Shown here: positions 13,060 to 25,330 of the stretch, one piece after another | Numbering within the stretch: position 1 is the first letter of the stretch | How the letters are laid out: each line of letters opens with the position of its first letter | From: Chiloscyllium plagiosum | Taxonomy: Eukaryota | Reading direction: 5' to 3' | NCBI RefSeq assembly: GCF_004010195.1 | Contig: NC_057718.1 | Coordinates: forward strand, 81,730,028 to 81,794,027 | DNA: 64,000 nucleotides | The notes under the pieces: model-generated | Database searches by the model: none | Told to the model about the DNA's origin: nothing | Seen by the model: only the letters and a program-made list of their open reading frames with translations | Made by a program: the position numbers and the translations under genes

Positions 13060-13900
13060 GCTCCAAACAGAGTATACAGACAGAGGATCAGCTGTTTCCC
13101 TATGACAGAGCTGTAGTGCCTGAGGAGGCTCAAGTCATTGATGTTTACAGCATTTTGGAACAAGAACCTTCTCCCAAGAAAAGCAAGCAGCCACACATTG
13201 TGAGTGACCATCAAGGTCACCACAGCATTGAATTCCTTGTCTTAAGCTGCTTCCAAGGATCAGCAAGGGACAAGTAACAGATTTCACCAGCCGTTGCCTC
13301 CAAGTCATAGTATCACAGAATCCATTCGACCCACAGGTCCACACTTACCCTCTGAAGAGCATCCCACCCAAACCCAGCCCCATACCTATCCCTGTAACCT
13401 TGCATTTCCTATGGCTAATCTACCTAGCCTGCACATTCCTGGACACTATGGAACAATTTCACATGACCCTCTATCTACCAGTTCACAGAACTCCTGTGTG
13501 CCAAGGCTGCCCAATATGTGCACTTTGACCCTCATGACACCAGTCAGTATCTTTTCAACAGTAACTGAATTTCTGCACATTTAGGGAATTATTGCCTGCA
13601 CAATCCAGGGATGATCAGATAATACTGCAGTGTTTGCCATGCAGATGAGATTCCACTCCCTCAACTCGGAGATCATTTGTAACCACCAGAAGTTTATTAC
13701 CTAAGTGTACGTAAGATTCCTTGGAAACTGCTGTGAATCCTTCATCCTGTGACAGTCAAGTCTACTAAAGGTGTTTGCATTTCCAAGACTGAATGATGTT
13801 CTCCTCAGAGTTAAAGGCCATCTTCCAAGGAGCTAGCTGATAACAATGATGTTAAGAAAAGGGTCAACAGAGGCCATATCTAACAAAAAGGACCACTGAT
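13060..13900 (+). mobile_element. Decayed Harbinger/PIF (HARBI1-like) transposase, with an HE1 fragment inserted at about 13305-13465
   Basis: RVYRQRISCFPMTEL*CLRRL, IKVTTALN, FQGSARDK and FHSLNSEIICNHQKFIT*VYVRFLGNCCESFIL*QS resemble Harbinger motifs (SFQGSAGD; GFHSLNVQLVCD..RYPGSCHDAFIL). Confidence 0.75.
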
Positions 13901-14409
13901 CAAGTGTTCAGGTTTCTCACAGCTTGCCTCTATTCTGCACCCATTTCCATCTTCTCATTTGCATCATGAATGTCTCACTCAGTGATGCCACAATGAAAGC
14001 TACTGGGGTCCCTTTCTCATAGAGACTGAATTTTCACCTATATGAAGTGAGAAGCCATTTGATCAAACTTGTCCAAATAACCCCATATCAATTTTCCTCC
14101 TGTCCCAATCAATAACCGCTCCCAAGATCTTATTTCCCCCTCCACAGTGCAGTTAGTTGGTTGGTGGCCTTCAGTAGTTGTTGCACTGGCTAGCTAGCAA
14201 TTGGCAAACACACACACACACTTTACTCACTAGCCCTCAAGGTACAAGCAACCCAAACTGCTTTTTGTCCTACTCAGCTCCAAATATCCAGGTTAATGCT
14301 GCAATGAACAAATCAATGAAATGAAAGTCAAGTTCACACACATACATACACACGCACACATTTATATAAAAAACATTGGTATCTGTTCAATCTTATCTAT
14401 ACTTTATCC

Positions 14410-15720
14410 GTTAAAGTCATGATAACTCATCTGCTTTCACATTTTGACGACCCGCAACATGTATGATTTGCAAATTAAATGTCTGTAACATAAAACTCCA
14501 ATGAAATAGTCTCATACTCTTGTCTTTAAATCATTCCAAGAATATAAAAGGATTGTGATCCGTGTATGCAACTGTCTCCGACACATTGTTCATCACATAA
14601 ACCTTAAAATGTTATAAGGCCAGTACCAAACCAAGTAATTCCTTTTCAATTGCAGAGCATTTTCTCTGATGGGTGTTGACTTTATTTGAAAACTAACCAA
14701 CTGGCCGTTCAATTCCATCATTATTTTCCTGTAGCAGTACCAACTCCTATGTCGCTAGCATCGATTGCAACTTTGAAGGGGTTCAAAAAGTTTGGTGTAG
14801 CTAAAACTGGTGCGGTCATTAGTACTGTTTTTAAATTGTCAAATGCCTCCTGGCATTGTTCTATCCACTGAAATTTTGTGTTCTTCTTCAGTAAATCTGT
14901 TAGCGGTGCCACTACATTGTTGAAGTTTGGAACAACTTCCGTTAGAATTCACTTAATCCTAAAAATCAAAGTACCTCTTTCTTCGAGGCTGCTCATGGAA
15001 ATTCCTCGATGGCCTTTGTCTTTACATTCCTTGGGGTCAACCTTCCATTACCGATGTTATGTCCCAAGTACGTCACCTCTGTCTTCGTGAATTCTGTTTT
15101 CTTTAAGTTTATCACCAGTTTTGCTTCTCTAAAGTGTTCAAAGTACTCTGTCAACTGTACCATGTGATCTTTCCAGAACTCACTAAAGATCATTACATCA
15201 TTCAGATAGACTACACAGTTTGTTAACCCAGCCACAACTCTGTTCATGAATCTTAAGAATGTGGCCGGTGCGTTCTTCATTCCAAACAGCATCACTTTGA
15301 ATTGATGTAGCACATTTGGGGTCACAAACAAAATTTCTTTCACTTTCTCTGATAAAGATACCTGCCAATAACCACACAGTAAGTCCAACTTTGTGATGCA
15401 ACAGGGGATTGTCCAACTTTCTCTATACAGTCCTACAATCTTGGTTTTGGATATGCGTCCGATTTTGTTATGGTGTTGACCTTCCGATAATCCACACAAA
15501 ATTGTTGAGTCCCATCAGGTTTGGGAACTAACACAATTGGCGAACTCCACTCACTCTGACTCAGTTCGATGATATCTTCATTGACCATCACGTCCACATC
15601 CGTCTGGACCTATGTAGCATTGAAAGGATTAAACCTGTAGGGATGTTGTTTTATTGGAACAGCATTCTCTACATGTACCTCATGCACAATAGCATTTGTC
15701 CTCCCCGTCTTATTCCTGCA
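14410..15720 (-). pseudogene. Gmr1-type reverse transcriptase and RNase H (disrupted)
   Basis: VPIKQHPYRFNP, SEWSSPIVLVPKPDG, KLDLLCGYWQV, FGMKNAPATF, VVYLNDV (YxDD changed to YLND), RNase H AIDASDIGVG, IEKELLG, TDHNP. Confidence 0.92.
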
Positions 15721-15890
15721 TATATCCCTATACTGCTGCCTTTCAACTGCATTCTTTGCTCCTGAGGCAGATTATTTACTAACCTACCCTATTCCTCAAG
15801 GACTTCCTCATTGTTTAACGAATTTTGACACACTTCAAACTCCACAACATTTAGATTTGATTCCTCACTCTGCAGGGCAGTAATTAACAC

Positions 15891-17000
15891 CTATTTCTCC
15901 AGTTCCTTCTCTCTATTATAATAAGATTTCAACATATTCACATGACATACCTGATGCAGTTTCTTTCTATCCAACATCTTTATCAGATAGTTTACCTGAC
16001 TCAACTTTTTCTCAATTTGATAGGGACCACTAAACCTGGCTTTGAAGGGATCTCCTATCACTCGTAACAGTACTAACACTTCATCCACGCAGGAAAATGT
16101 CCGAATTTCAGAGTTTTTGTCTGCCACCTGCTTTATTCTAAGCTGTGCTCTCTTCAGGTGCTGTTTAGCTAACTCACCTACCCAACTTAATCTCTCCCTC
16201 ACCTCCGATACATGATCCAGGTGTGAGATCTCCGACTTTGGCCCTGTCAATTTCTCTTTAATTAATTTCATGTCCGAATATTAACCTAAAAGAGAGTAAA
16301 TTGAATAATTCATTTGGGGCATCTCTAATGGCAAACAACAGAAATGGGATACTTTTATCCTAATCATTTGCGTAATCCTGATAGTACACTCTTAACATGG
16401 TCTTCAGGGTCTGATGCCACCTTTCGAAAGCTCCCTGGGATTCAGGATGATATGCACTTCATTTAAAGTGCTGCATACCTAAGCTATCCATGACTTCCTT
16501 AAACAGCCTAGCAGTAAAATTGGTCTGATTGAATCTCTCTGGGTAGTCTATACCACGTGAAGAAAACTACTAATTCCTCTACCACCCTTTTTGCTTAATA
16601 CTCTGTAATGGAATTGCCTCCAGAAATCTGGTAGACACAACCATTATGGTTAGCAAGTACTGGTTCCAATTTTAGTTCTCTGGAGGGGACCCACACAACC
16701 AATCATAACACACATGGAAGGTTTTTCGAATGCAGGAATTGGCAACAAAGGTGCTGGTTTTATTACTGCCTATGTCTTACTTCCATTTGGCAAGTATGAC
16801 ATGTATGGCAAAAGTTAACCACATCCTTGTGCATTCCAGGTCAATACAAACATTTTTGTACCTTAGCCTGAGTCTTCCATACACCTCGGTGACCTCCTAC
16901 TGGCAGTTCATGTGTTACCCGTAACACTTCCTGCCTATATGTGACCGGCAACACAATCTGGTGCACTTCTGCCCATTTCTCCTCTGCACTAACCTGCCGT
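15891..17000 (-). pseudogene. Gmr1-type integrase (HHCC, DDE core, GPY/F tail; disrupted)
   Basis: HELPVGGHRG..Y*PGMHKDVVNFCHTCHTCQ; EIQSDQ; AYHPESQGAFERWHQTLKTML; KARFSGPYQI..CHVNMLKSY. Confidence 0.92.
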
Positions 17001-17175
17001 AGTCTCCATTTTCATCTTAGGATTCTATCTTTACGATAATAACACTCAGGAATATTCTCAGACTCCTTTTCTGCATATGCATCTATATATATATATATAT
17101 ATCTTTTATCACCTTGTCTTTCTGTTGCAAGTCCCTTACCCTTTCAGGACTAAACACTTCTGCCTGACCCTCTGC

Positions 17176-17700
17176 CTATTCAGGCTTTTCCTGCACCATT
17201 ATGCCAAACTTGGTGTCTGCTAACTGAACCTCAATTCCTTCATCTTTCTGTTTAGTTTTTGCTACATACTGTGATTTATGATAGTGGGATCTTGTTACCA
17301 CAAAGTCAATGAAAATTCCAGGGTATTCTTCTTTTAACTTCTCAATTTCTTCCTCTTCCTTGGGCTTCTCCACAATAACGGGTGCCACTTCCATTTTGGA
17401 TCCTGCTAAATCGTTCACAAGAGAAATCTGAATTCCTGGAACTGACACTCTGTCAATCACTCCTACTGTTACTTCCCCAGTCTTGAGTTGGCACTCCAAC
17501 CTGATCTTACACGAGGGAACACTAAATTTCTGTCCATCTATCCCACAAATTACCACTCTCTCGGGTAACAGATCAGAAAGAGTGCAAATTCATGCATCTC
17601 TTACTATTAGAGACTGGTTTGATCTTGTATCTTTCAGAATTATAACCTCTTGTTCTTCTCCCTTTCTGAGTAAACTTTACCCACAGAGGCGAATTCTTTA
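17176..17700 (-). pseudogene. Gmr1-type aspartic protease region
   Basis: VIILKDTRSNQSL (DTG changed to DTR) followed by ORF 17176..17556 with VPGIQISLVNDLAGSK. Confidence 0.8.
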
Positions 17701-17706
17701 TAGAGA

Positions 17707-19056
17707 TCAGGCACTCATTCTACACCCAGCCCCTGCCTGGGCTGTGCACTCTCCTGCAGCTCCTTGACCTTTCTTGGGGTTTCCTTTATTTACTTTCACT
17801 AATGCCACTGGCTTAGTTTCTTTTACCACATCTTTTCGCACAGCGCCTTTCTTTAACGACCAGCACTGCGATTTTACTTGTCCCACTTTACCACAGTAGA
17901 AATACCTGAGGCCTTTCACCTCCTTTCCACCCTCTTGGGTTTCTTTTTTAACTTGTGATAAACTCTTACCAGTATTCTCTACTCTTTGTTTTGTAGTGTA
18001 GGATCTCCCCTTCTCCCAACTTCTATCCCTCACAGGATGAAATTCTTGCCGAAAGCTAAACTTTGCCTTATGCACCAATGTATATTTATCTGCCATATCT
18101 GCTGCTCTTTTCACTTCTTGAACTTTCTGTTCATCCACATGAATTTTTATCTTCTCTGGAAATGAGTTTTTAAACTCCTCCAGTTGAATAATCTCTCTTA
18201 CAGCCTCATAGGTCTTATCTATTTTTAAGGCCCGCATCCATCTATCAAAATTACTATGTTGAATTCTTTTGAACTCAACATAAGTTTGACCTGGTTCCTT
18301 CTTTATGTTTCTGAACTGCTTCTGGTTCCAATTCATAAGCACTCAAATTGCCTGTCTGACCTCTTCATAATCTCTTGACCCCTCATCTGACAGCGCTGCA
18401 AATACCTCACTAGCTCTGCCTACCAGTTTAGCATTACCGTCAAGTGCTCTGACCACTCTATTTGCCTAATCAATTTTTCAAATGAAATAAAGGAGGCCTC
18501 AACATTTTTCTCATCAAAATGTGGCAGTGTTTTAACGTATTTGAATATATTACTACCTTCTGTTTGAATCTCCATCTTGCTAATTTGACTTTGCTGACTA
18601 AGTTGCAATTTCTGAAGTTCAAACTTACTCGCCATTTCTCTTGCTTTTCTCTTTTTTCTCTCTCCCTTACTTATTTCTCTCTTTGCTCAGCTAAGAACCT
18701 TCTCCCTCTTTCTTTGCTCTCATTCTCTTTCTTTTTCCTCTATCTCTCTTCTTTTTCTCTCACTTTCTTGATCTTCTAACTCCATTTTCCTCAATTGTAA
18801 TTTTAAGTTTTTCTAACTCAACTGCACTTGTCTGTTTCTCTGATACACCTAAGTGCTTGAGTAACTCCCTTACAATTTCAGCTTTACTTTTGTTCTTGCT
18901 TAAATCCAATTCTAACCTCTTTGCTAATTCCAAAAGTGTGGTCTTTTCTTTTCTTTCTAAACTTTCTTGGCAAATTTGAGAATCATCTTCAAACCCCAGA
19001 ACCTCTTTCGCAATTTTAAGAGCCATTTCTCTCACTTTTAATTTAACCAACCCCAA
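17707..19056 (-). pseudogene. Gmr1-type gag (coiled-coil, SCAN-like capsid C-terminal domain, zinc knuckle; frameshifted)
   Basis: LPHFDEKNVEASFISFEKL; QLEEFKNSFPEKIKIHVDEQKVQEVKRAADMADKY; degenerate CCHC YFYCGKVGQVKSQCW. Confidence 0.88.
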
Positions 19057-19208
19057 CTAACCGAAATTAAACAAATTGTCTCACCTACATTTTATTTAAA
19101 GTGCTAGGACACTAATCGGCAAGTGCTGAAATCTGCTGGGATCTTTCGTACCCCAAGTCTGTTTAAATCTAACCAAATCTCAGACTGGATCTGTCTAAAT
19201 CTATCCAT

Positions 19209-19226
19209 ATCCTGGACGAGACCCCA
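19209..19226 (-). promoter_or_regulatory. Primer binding site complementary to tRNA-Pro
   Basis: TGGGGTCTCGTCCAGGAT 3 nt after the LTR; 16/18 match to the canonical tRNA-Pro PBS TGGGGGCTCGTCCGGGAT. Confidence 0.88.
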
Positions 19227-19229
19227 AAC

Positions 19230-19995
19230 TGTTACAACACGGTGGTAAACCCTCTGCTATATATAAACCAAGTACATAGAAAGACTCACCTCACCTTGTA
19301 ATCTGTTAATGTATGAGTGAAAGATAACTACCTAACTTCCACTATTTCACAAAAATATAAATTTTATTCTATAATGCTAAAAGTGAACATTAAATAACAA
19401 CTATTTACAACTCTAAACCTCCTTTCTCTTTAAGATTTGTTATCTACATCCCACTCTATAACAATATACTGATCCAATAAAGTCCCCATTAAGTTTACAG
19501 CATCTTAATTTTTTAAAGTAGACAGTAACTGTGGTCTCTGGTGTTGATCTTCCTCTGTTTGTAGGTCTCCCTGGGTCATCTTCGCTCTTCTGCTGTAAAG
19601 ATGTTTCATATGGAAAAGGTACCTTTGTCAGAGAGTGTGGTGAATAGCAGTCTTTCAATGGCAGTTGGTGCTCTTTCTGGCTAACTGTCCAAAATGCCTG
19701 CTTTTTTTATAACCCAAACATTGGATCGTCTCATTAGTTTGATGTTGTCAAAATAGTAAAATTCAAATTCAATTGAGTTTTAGTACCCTGGGGCATAGTT
19801 TAAACTGATTGGTTAAATTCAAATAGTGGTTAAAACAACTGAGGTATCTCGTTTACATCAAAATGTTATATCTTTCAGTTTTCCAGAACACCCTGTGACT
19901 GCGAGTCAGTCACATGACAGGTGCCTGCAAACTCTTAGTCAAAACAGCCTTCACTCTCTCTTAAATGTACAGGACACGCCTTCAATTTCATAACA
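19230..19995 (-). repeat. 5' LTR (766 bp) of the Gmr1-type element
   Basis: TGTTA..TAACA termini, adjacent PBS, AATAAA on the minus strand near 19365. Confidence 0.85.
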
Positions 19996-20652
19996 TAAGT
20001 ATTTTGTAAATTTCACTGAGATCACCTCTCATTCTTTGAAACTCTCAAAATACAAGCCTAATTTACCCAATCTCTCTTCATAGCAAAGTCCTGCCATCTT
20101 GGGCACAAGGTTGGTGAACTATATATTTTCTGAGATAAGTAGATCAAGACTGCATATGGTATTATTAATGTAGTCTAACCAAGCTTCTATCCATCTTGGT
20201 TGAGGGATAAATATTCATCAGGATAACTAGGAAGGATTTCCCACATCTCCTTTAAGATATTGGCATGGAACTTTTTACATCCAATGAAGGTGATAGATGC
20301 AACCTTAGTTTACATTCTAGTATGAAAGGAGGCATCACTGACCATATAACATTCCTTCAGTACTGTACCAGACTTGGAGTGTTAGCTCAGATTTTGAGTC
20401 CGGGTCTCTGGAGTAGGGGTTAAACCTACAACCTTCCAACGGAGAAGAAAGGTCATTTAGCAAACGCTAAGAATTTCCACACCAATAGATATTTTGTCAT
20501 TTTTACAATTCACTGTACCTTACATACTTTGGCATTAGATCTTAGCTGTTCTGCCAAATGTACTTATTTCTGCCTCCTCTAATTTGATTATCCCTCCTTA
20601 TTTGGCAGATATCTACCTGTATCACAGCTTGTGTTTTATATTTTTTGATATA

Positions 20653-23600
20653 GAACATAGAACATTCCTGTGCAGTACAGGCCCTTCAGCCCTCAATGTT
20701 GCGCTGACCGGTGGAACCTGAATCCTATCTATTCTACACTATTCCATTTTCATCCATATGTTTATCCAATGACCATTTAAATGTCTTTCACGTTGGCAAG
20801 TCTACTACTGTTGTAGGCAGCGTGTTCCACGTCCCTACTACTCTCTGAGTAAAGAAACTGCCTCTGACATCTGTCCTATATTTATCACCCCTCAATTTAA
20901 AGCTATGTCCCCTTGTGCTAGCCATCTCCATCCGAGGAAAAAGGCTCTCACTGTCCACTCTCTCTAACCCTCTAATTATCTTCTATGTCTCTATTAAGTC
21001 ACCTCTCAACCTTCTTCTCTCTAACAAAAACAATGTCAAATCCCTCAGCCTTTCTTCATAAGACTGCCCCTCCATACAGACAGCATCCTAGTAAATTTCT
21101 CCCAAACCCTTTACACATCCTTCCTATAATGCAGTGACCAGAACTGTATGCAATACTTCAAGTGCAGCTGCTCTAGAGTTTTGTACAGCTGCAGCATGAC
21201 CTCATGGCTCCGAAACTCAATCCCTCTATCAATTAAATGTAACACACCATATGTCTTCTTAACAACACTACCAACCTGGGTGGCAACTTTCAGGGATCTA
21301 TGTACATGGACATCGAGATCTCTCTGCTCATCTACACTGCCAAGAATCTTACCATTAGCCCAGTACTCTTTATTTCTGTTGCTCCTTCCAAAGTGAATCA
21401 CCTCACACTTTGCCACCTCTCAACCCAGCTCTACAGCTTATCTATGTCCTCTGTAACCTGCAACATTCTTCAGCACGATCCAGAACTCCACTCACCTTAG
21501 TGTCATCTGCAAATTTACTAATCCATCCTTCTACGTCCTCATCTAGGTCATTTATAACAATTATCATCAGCAGTGGCCCCAAAAAGATCCTTTGTGGTAC
21601 ACCACTAGTAACTGAACTGCAGGATGAACATTTCCCATCAACCACCACCTTCTGTCTTCTTTCAGCTAGCCTATTTCTGATCCAAACTGATAAATCACCC
21701 TCAATCCCATGCCTACATATATTTTGCAAAGCCTACCGTGGGAAACCTTATCAAACGTCTTACTGAAATCCATATACAATATATCAACCGCTTTACCCTC
21801 ATCCAACCTGTTTGGTCACCATCTCAAAGAACTCAATAGGTTTGTGAGGCATGACCTACCCTTCACAAAACCATGTTAACTATCCCTAATCAAATTATTC
21901 CTCTCCAGATGATTATAAATTCTACCTCTTATAACTTTTTCCTATACTTTACCCACAATCAAAGTAAGGCTCACTGGTCTACAATAACCTGGGTGGTCTC
22001 TATTCCCCTTCTCGAATAAGGGAACAACATTTGCTATCCTCCAGTCTCCTAGCACTATTCCTGTAGACAATGACAACATAAAGATCAAAGCCAAATGCTC
22101 TGCAACCTCCTCCCAAGCTTCCCAGAGAATCCTAAAATAAATCCCATCCAGCCCAGGGGAGTTATCTATTTTCACACTTTCCACAATTGCTAACCCCTCC
22201 TTCCTTGAGAACCTCAATCCTGTCTAGTCTAGTAGCCTGTATCTCAGTAGTTTCCTCAACAAAATTGTCTTTTTCCAGTGTGAATGCTGACAAAAAATAT
22301 TCATTTAGTGCTTCCACTGTCTCCATGCACAACTTCCCACTACTATCCTTGATTGCCTTAATCTTACTCTAGTCATTCATTTATTCCTGATAAACCTGTA
22401 GAAAATTTTAGGGTTTTCCTTGATCTTATCTGCCAATGACTTCTCATGTCCCCTCCCGGCTCTTCTTAGCTCTCCCTTGAGGTTTTTCCTGGCTAACCTA
22501 TAACTCTCAAGTACCCTAATTGATCCATCATGTCTCATCCTAACATAAGCCTCCTCCTTCCTCTTGTCAAGTGATTCAACTTCTTTACTAAACCACGGCT
22601 CCCTCGCTCGACCACTTCCTCCCTCCCTGCCTGACAGGTACATACTTATTAAGATCAAGCAGTAATGGTTTCTTGAACAGGCTCCATATGTCAATTTTGT
22701 GCCCATCCCCTGCAGTTTCCTTCCCCATCCTATGCATCCTAAATCTTGCCTAATCACATCATATTTGCCTTTCCCCCAGCAATAACTCTTGCCCTGCAAT
22801 GTATACTTATCCCTTTCCATCATAACAGCATTGTGGTCACTATCACTAACGTGCTCAGCTACCTCCAAATCTAACATCTGGCCAGGTTCATTATCCAGTA
22901 TCAAATCTAATGTAGCCTCACTCCTTATTGGCTTGATCTTCCGCAGCTACACTGGGCACTGCCCCCCAGCTGTTCCTACACTACATCAATGACTGTATCG
23001 GTGCTACCTCATGCTCACAAAATGAGGTTGAATAGTTCATCAACTTCACTAACACCTTCCACCTCCATCTCAAATTCACCTGGACCATTTCTGACACCTC
23101 CCTCCCCTTCGTGGACCTCTCCATCTCCAGCTCCAGTGACCAACTAACCACGGACATCTACTACAAGCCCACTGACTCCCACAGCTATGTAGACAACACC
23201 TCCTCCCAACTTGCCTCCTGTAAAAACGCCATCCCTTATTCCAATTCCTCTGCCTCTGCCAGACCTGTTCCCAGGATGGCCAATTTCACCAGAGAAAATC
23301 CCAGATGGCCTCCGTCTTCCAAGATCGTAATTTCCCTTCCCATGTGGTCGAAGGTGCCCTCCAGCACATCACCTCCATTTATTGCATCTCCACCCTTGAA
23401 CCCCACCCCGTCCAATACAAAAAGGACAGAATCCCCCCGGTCCTTACACCCCACCAACCTCTATATACATTGCATCATCCACCACCATTTCCGTCTCCTA
23501 CAAATGGACCCCACCACTAGAGATATATTTCCCTCCCCACACCTATGAGTGTTCCGGAAGACCATTCCCTTTGCAATTCCCTCATCAGATCCACACCTCC

Positions 23601-25330
23601 CTACCTTCCCACCCCCCACTCCAGGCACCTTCCCCTAATACCTCAGGAAGTGCAAAATCTACGCCCACACCTCCCCCCTCACCTCCGTCCAAGGCCCTAA
23701 AGGATCCTTCCACATCCAGAAAATTTACCTGTACCTCCACCAATGTCGTCTACTATGTCTGTTGCACCCGATGTGAGCTCCTGTACACTGAGGAGACAGG
23801 TCACCAACTTGCGCATTGTTTCAGAGAACATCTCTGGGACACCCGCACCAACCAACCCCATCGTCTCGTGGCTGAACACTTCAACTCCCCCTCCCACTTC
23901 ACCAAGGACATGCAGGTTCTGGGCCTCCTCCATTGCCAAACCCTTACCACCTGGCACCTGGAGGAAGAATATCTCCTCACAGGATCAATGTGGATTTCAC
24001 CAGTTTCCTCATTTCCCCTCCCCCCACATTATCCCAGTCCCAAGCCTCCAACTCAGCACTACCCTCTTGACCTGTCCATCAGCTTTCCCATCTATCTGCT
24101 CCACCCTCCTCTCTGACCTATCACCTTCTCCCCCACTTTCATCTATCTATCACATTTTCAGCTAGTGTTTCCCCCAGTCCTACACCCTCCCATTAATCTC
24201 TCAGCCCCCCCCGGCCCAAAAGCCTCATTCCTGATGAAGGGAGTATGCCCGAAACATTGATTCTCCTGCTTTTGGATGCTGTCTGACCTGCTGTCTTTTT
24301 CCAGCACCACACTCTCGACTACATACTGTGTCAGGAAAGCATATTTGCGCCCTTTGGACAAAAAGTGACCCATCTAAAATAATCGAACTGTAAAATTTCA
24401 ACTATAAAATGGAACGTTAAAGTCCCCCATAACAACTATCCTGTTACTCTCGCTCCTATCCAGAATTATCTTTATTATCCTTTCTTCTACATCTTTGGAA
24501 CTATTTGGAGGCCTTTAGAAAACTTCTAAGAGGGTAACCACAGCTTTCCTCTTTCTAACCTCAGCCCATACTACAAATGTCCTTTCTGCCATTGTATTAC
24601 TGTCCTTGACTAACAATGCCACCCTCTCTTTTACCATCTTCTCTGGTCTTACTGAAACAACTAAATCCCAGAATCTGCTACAATCATTTCTGTCCCTGCT
24701 CTATCCATGTCTCAAAATGGTCACAACCCATGCTGCAAGTTCACCCACCCATTCTGGATGTTCCTGACGTTGAAGTAGCCACACTTCAAACCACCTTCCG
24801 GCTTGCTGGCGAACTCTTGCGAACTTGAAAACTCATTTCTGACCTCATTGCTCTCAACCTCCCGGACACTGGAACTACAATTGAGGTTCCCATGCCCCAG
24901 TTGAATTATTTTAAACCCTCCCAATGAGCATTAACAAAGCTGGGGTTGGGTGCACTTCCCGCAGATGCAGTCAGCAGGGACAGTAGTGGTGACCCTTACC
25001 TCCCACATTCTGCTGGAGGAACATTCAACTCTAACCACCATTCCCACAACTCTAAATTCCCGGAGAGACTGTAGAAAAATAAATAATAAAAGAAACTAGT
25101 TACCTTACCAACCCGGTGCACAGAACTTTTTTTTGTGATTAGAGGAGGAGGATGGGTGGGAGATACTATCTAAGTAGTGTTTCGGGTAACACACCACCTA
25201 AATATATTACTTTACTTACTCAGCAGTCCCATGTCTGCTCCTGCTCAGCATGCAGGTAAGTTTTTAAATCAGTGATTCACCTTCCCATCAGCCCCTGGTC
25301 AATACTCCCGCTCTTCCTGCTGCAGAAACA
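20653..25330 (-). mobile_element. Near full-length CR1 LINE, ORF1 internally deleted, with a nested Penelope insertion
   Basis: 3' tail at 20653; RT SGVPQRIFLGPLL..FADDTKV; endonuclease end SDSDHNAV; ORF1 start MWEVRVTTTVPADCICGKCTQ near 24945-25010; multiple stops and frameshifts. Confidence 0.9.
22935..24319 (+). mobile_element. Penelope-like element (RT C-terminal half plus GIY-YIG endonuclease, 3' pseudo-LTR)
   Basis: TDIYYKPTDSHSYVD; FTCTSTNVVYYVCCTRCELLYTEETGHQLAHCFREH; CR1 sequence continues on both sides. Confidence 0.9.

Larger units (their letters stand above)
14410..19995 (-). mobile_element. Gmr1-type Ty3/Gypsy LTR retrotransposon (5'LTR-PBS-gag-PR-INT-RT-RH), inactivated, 3' LTR absent
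   Basis: All domains are readable in order on the minus strand; see sub-features. Confidence 0.93.

Noticed and set aside
15200..17640. APOBEC-like G-to-A editing of the Gmr1-type element (YLDD to YLND, DTG to DTR, TGG to TGA/TAG)
   Set aside because: Few sites, and noticed with ascertainment bias; ordinary transitions explain them. A family consensus and a strand-bias test would be needed.
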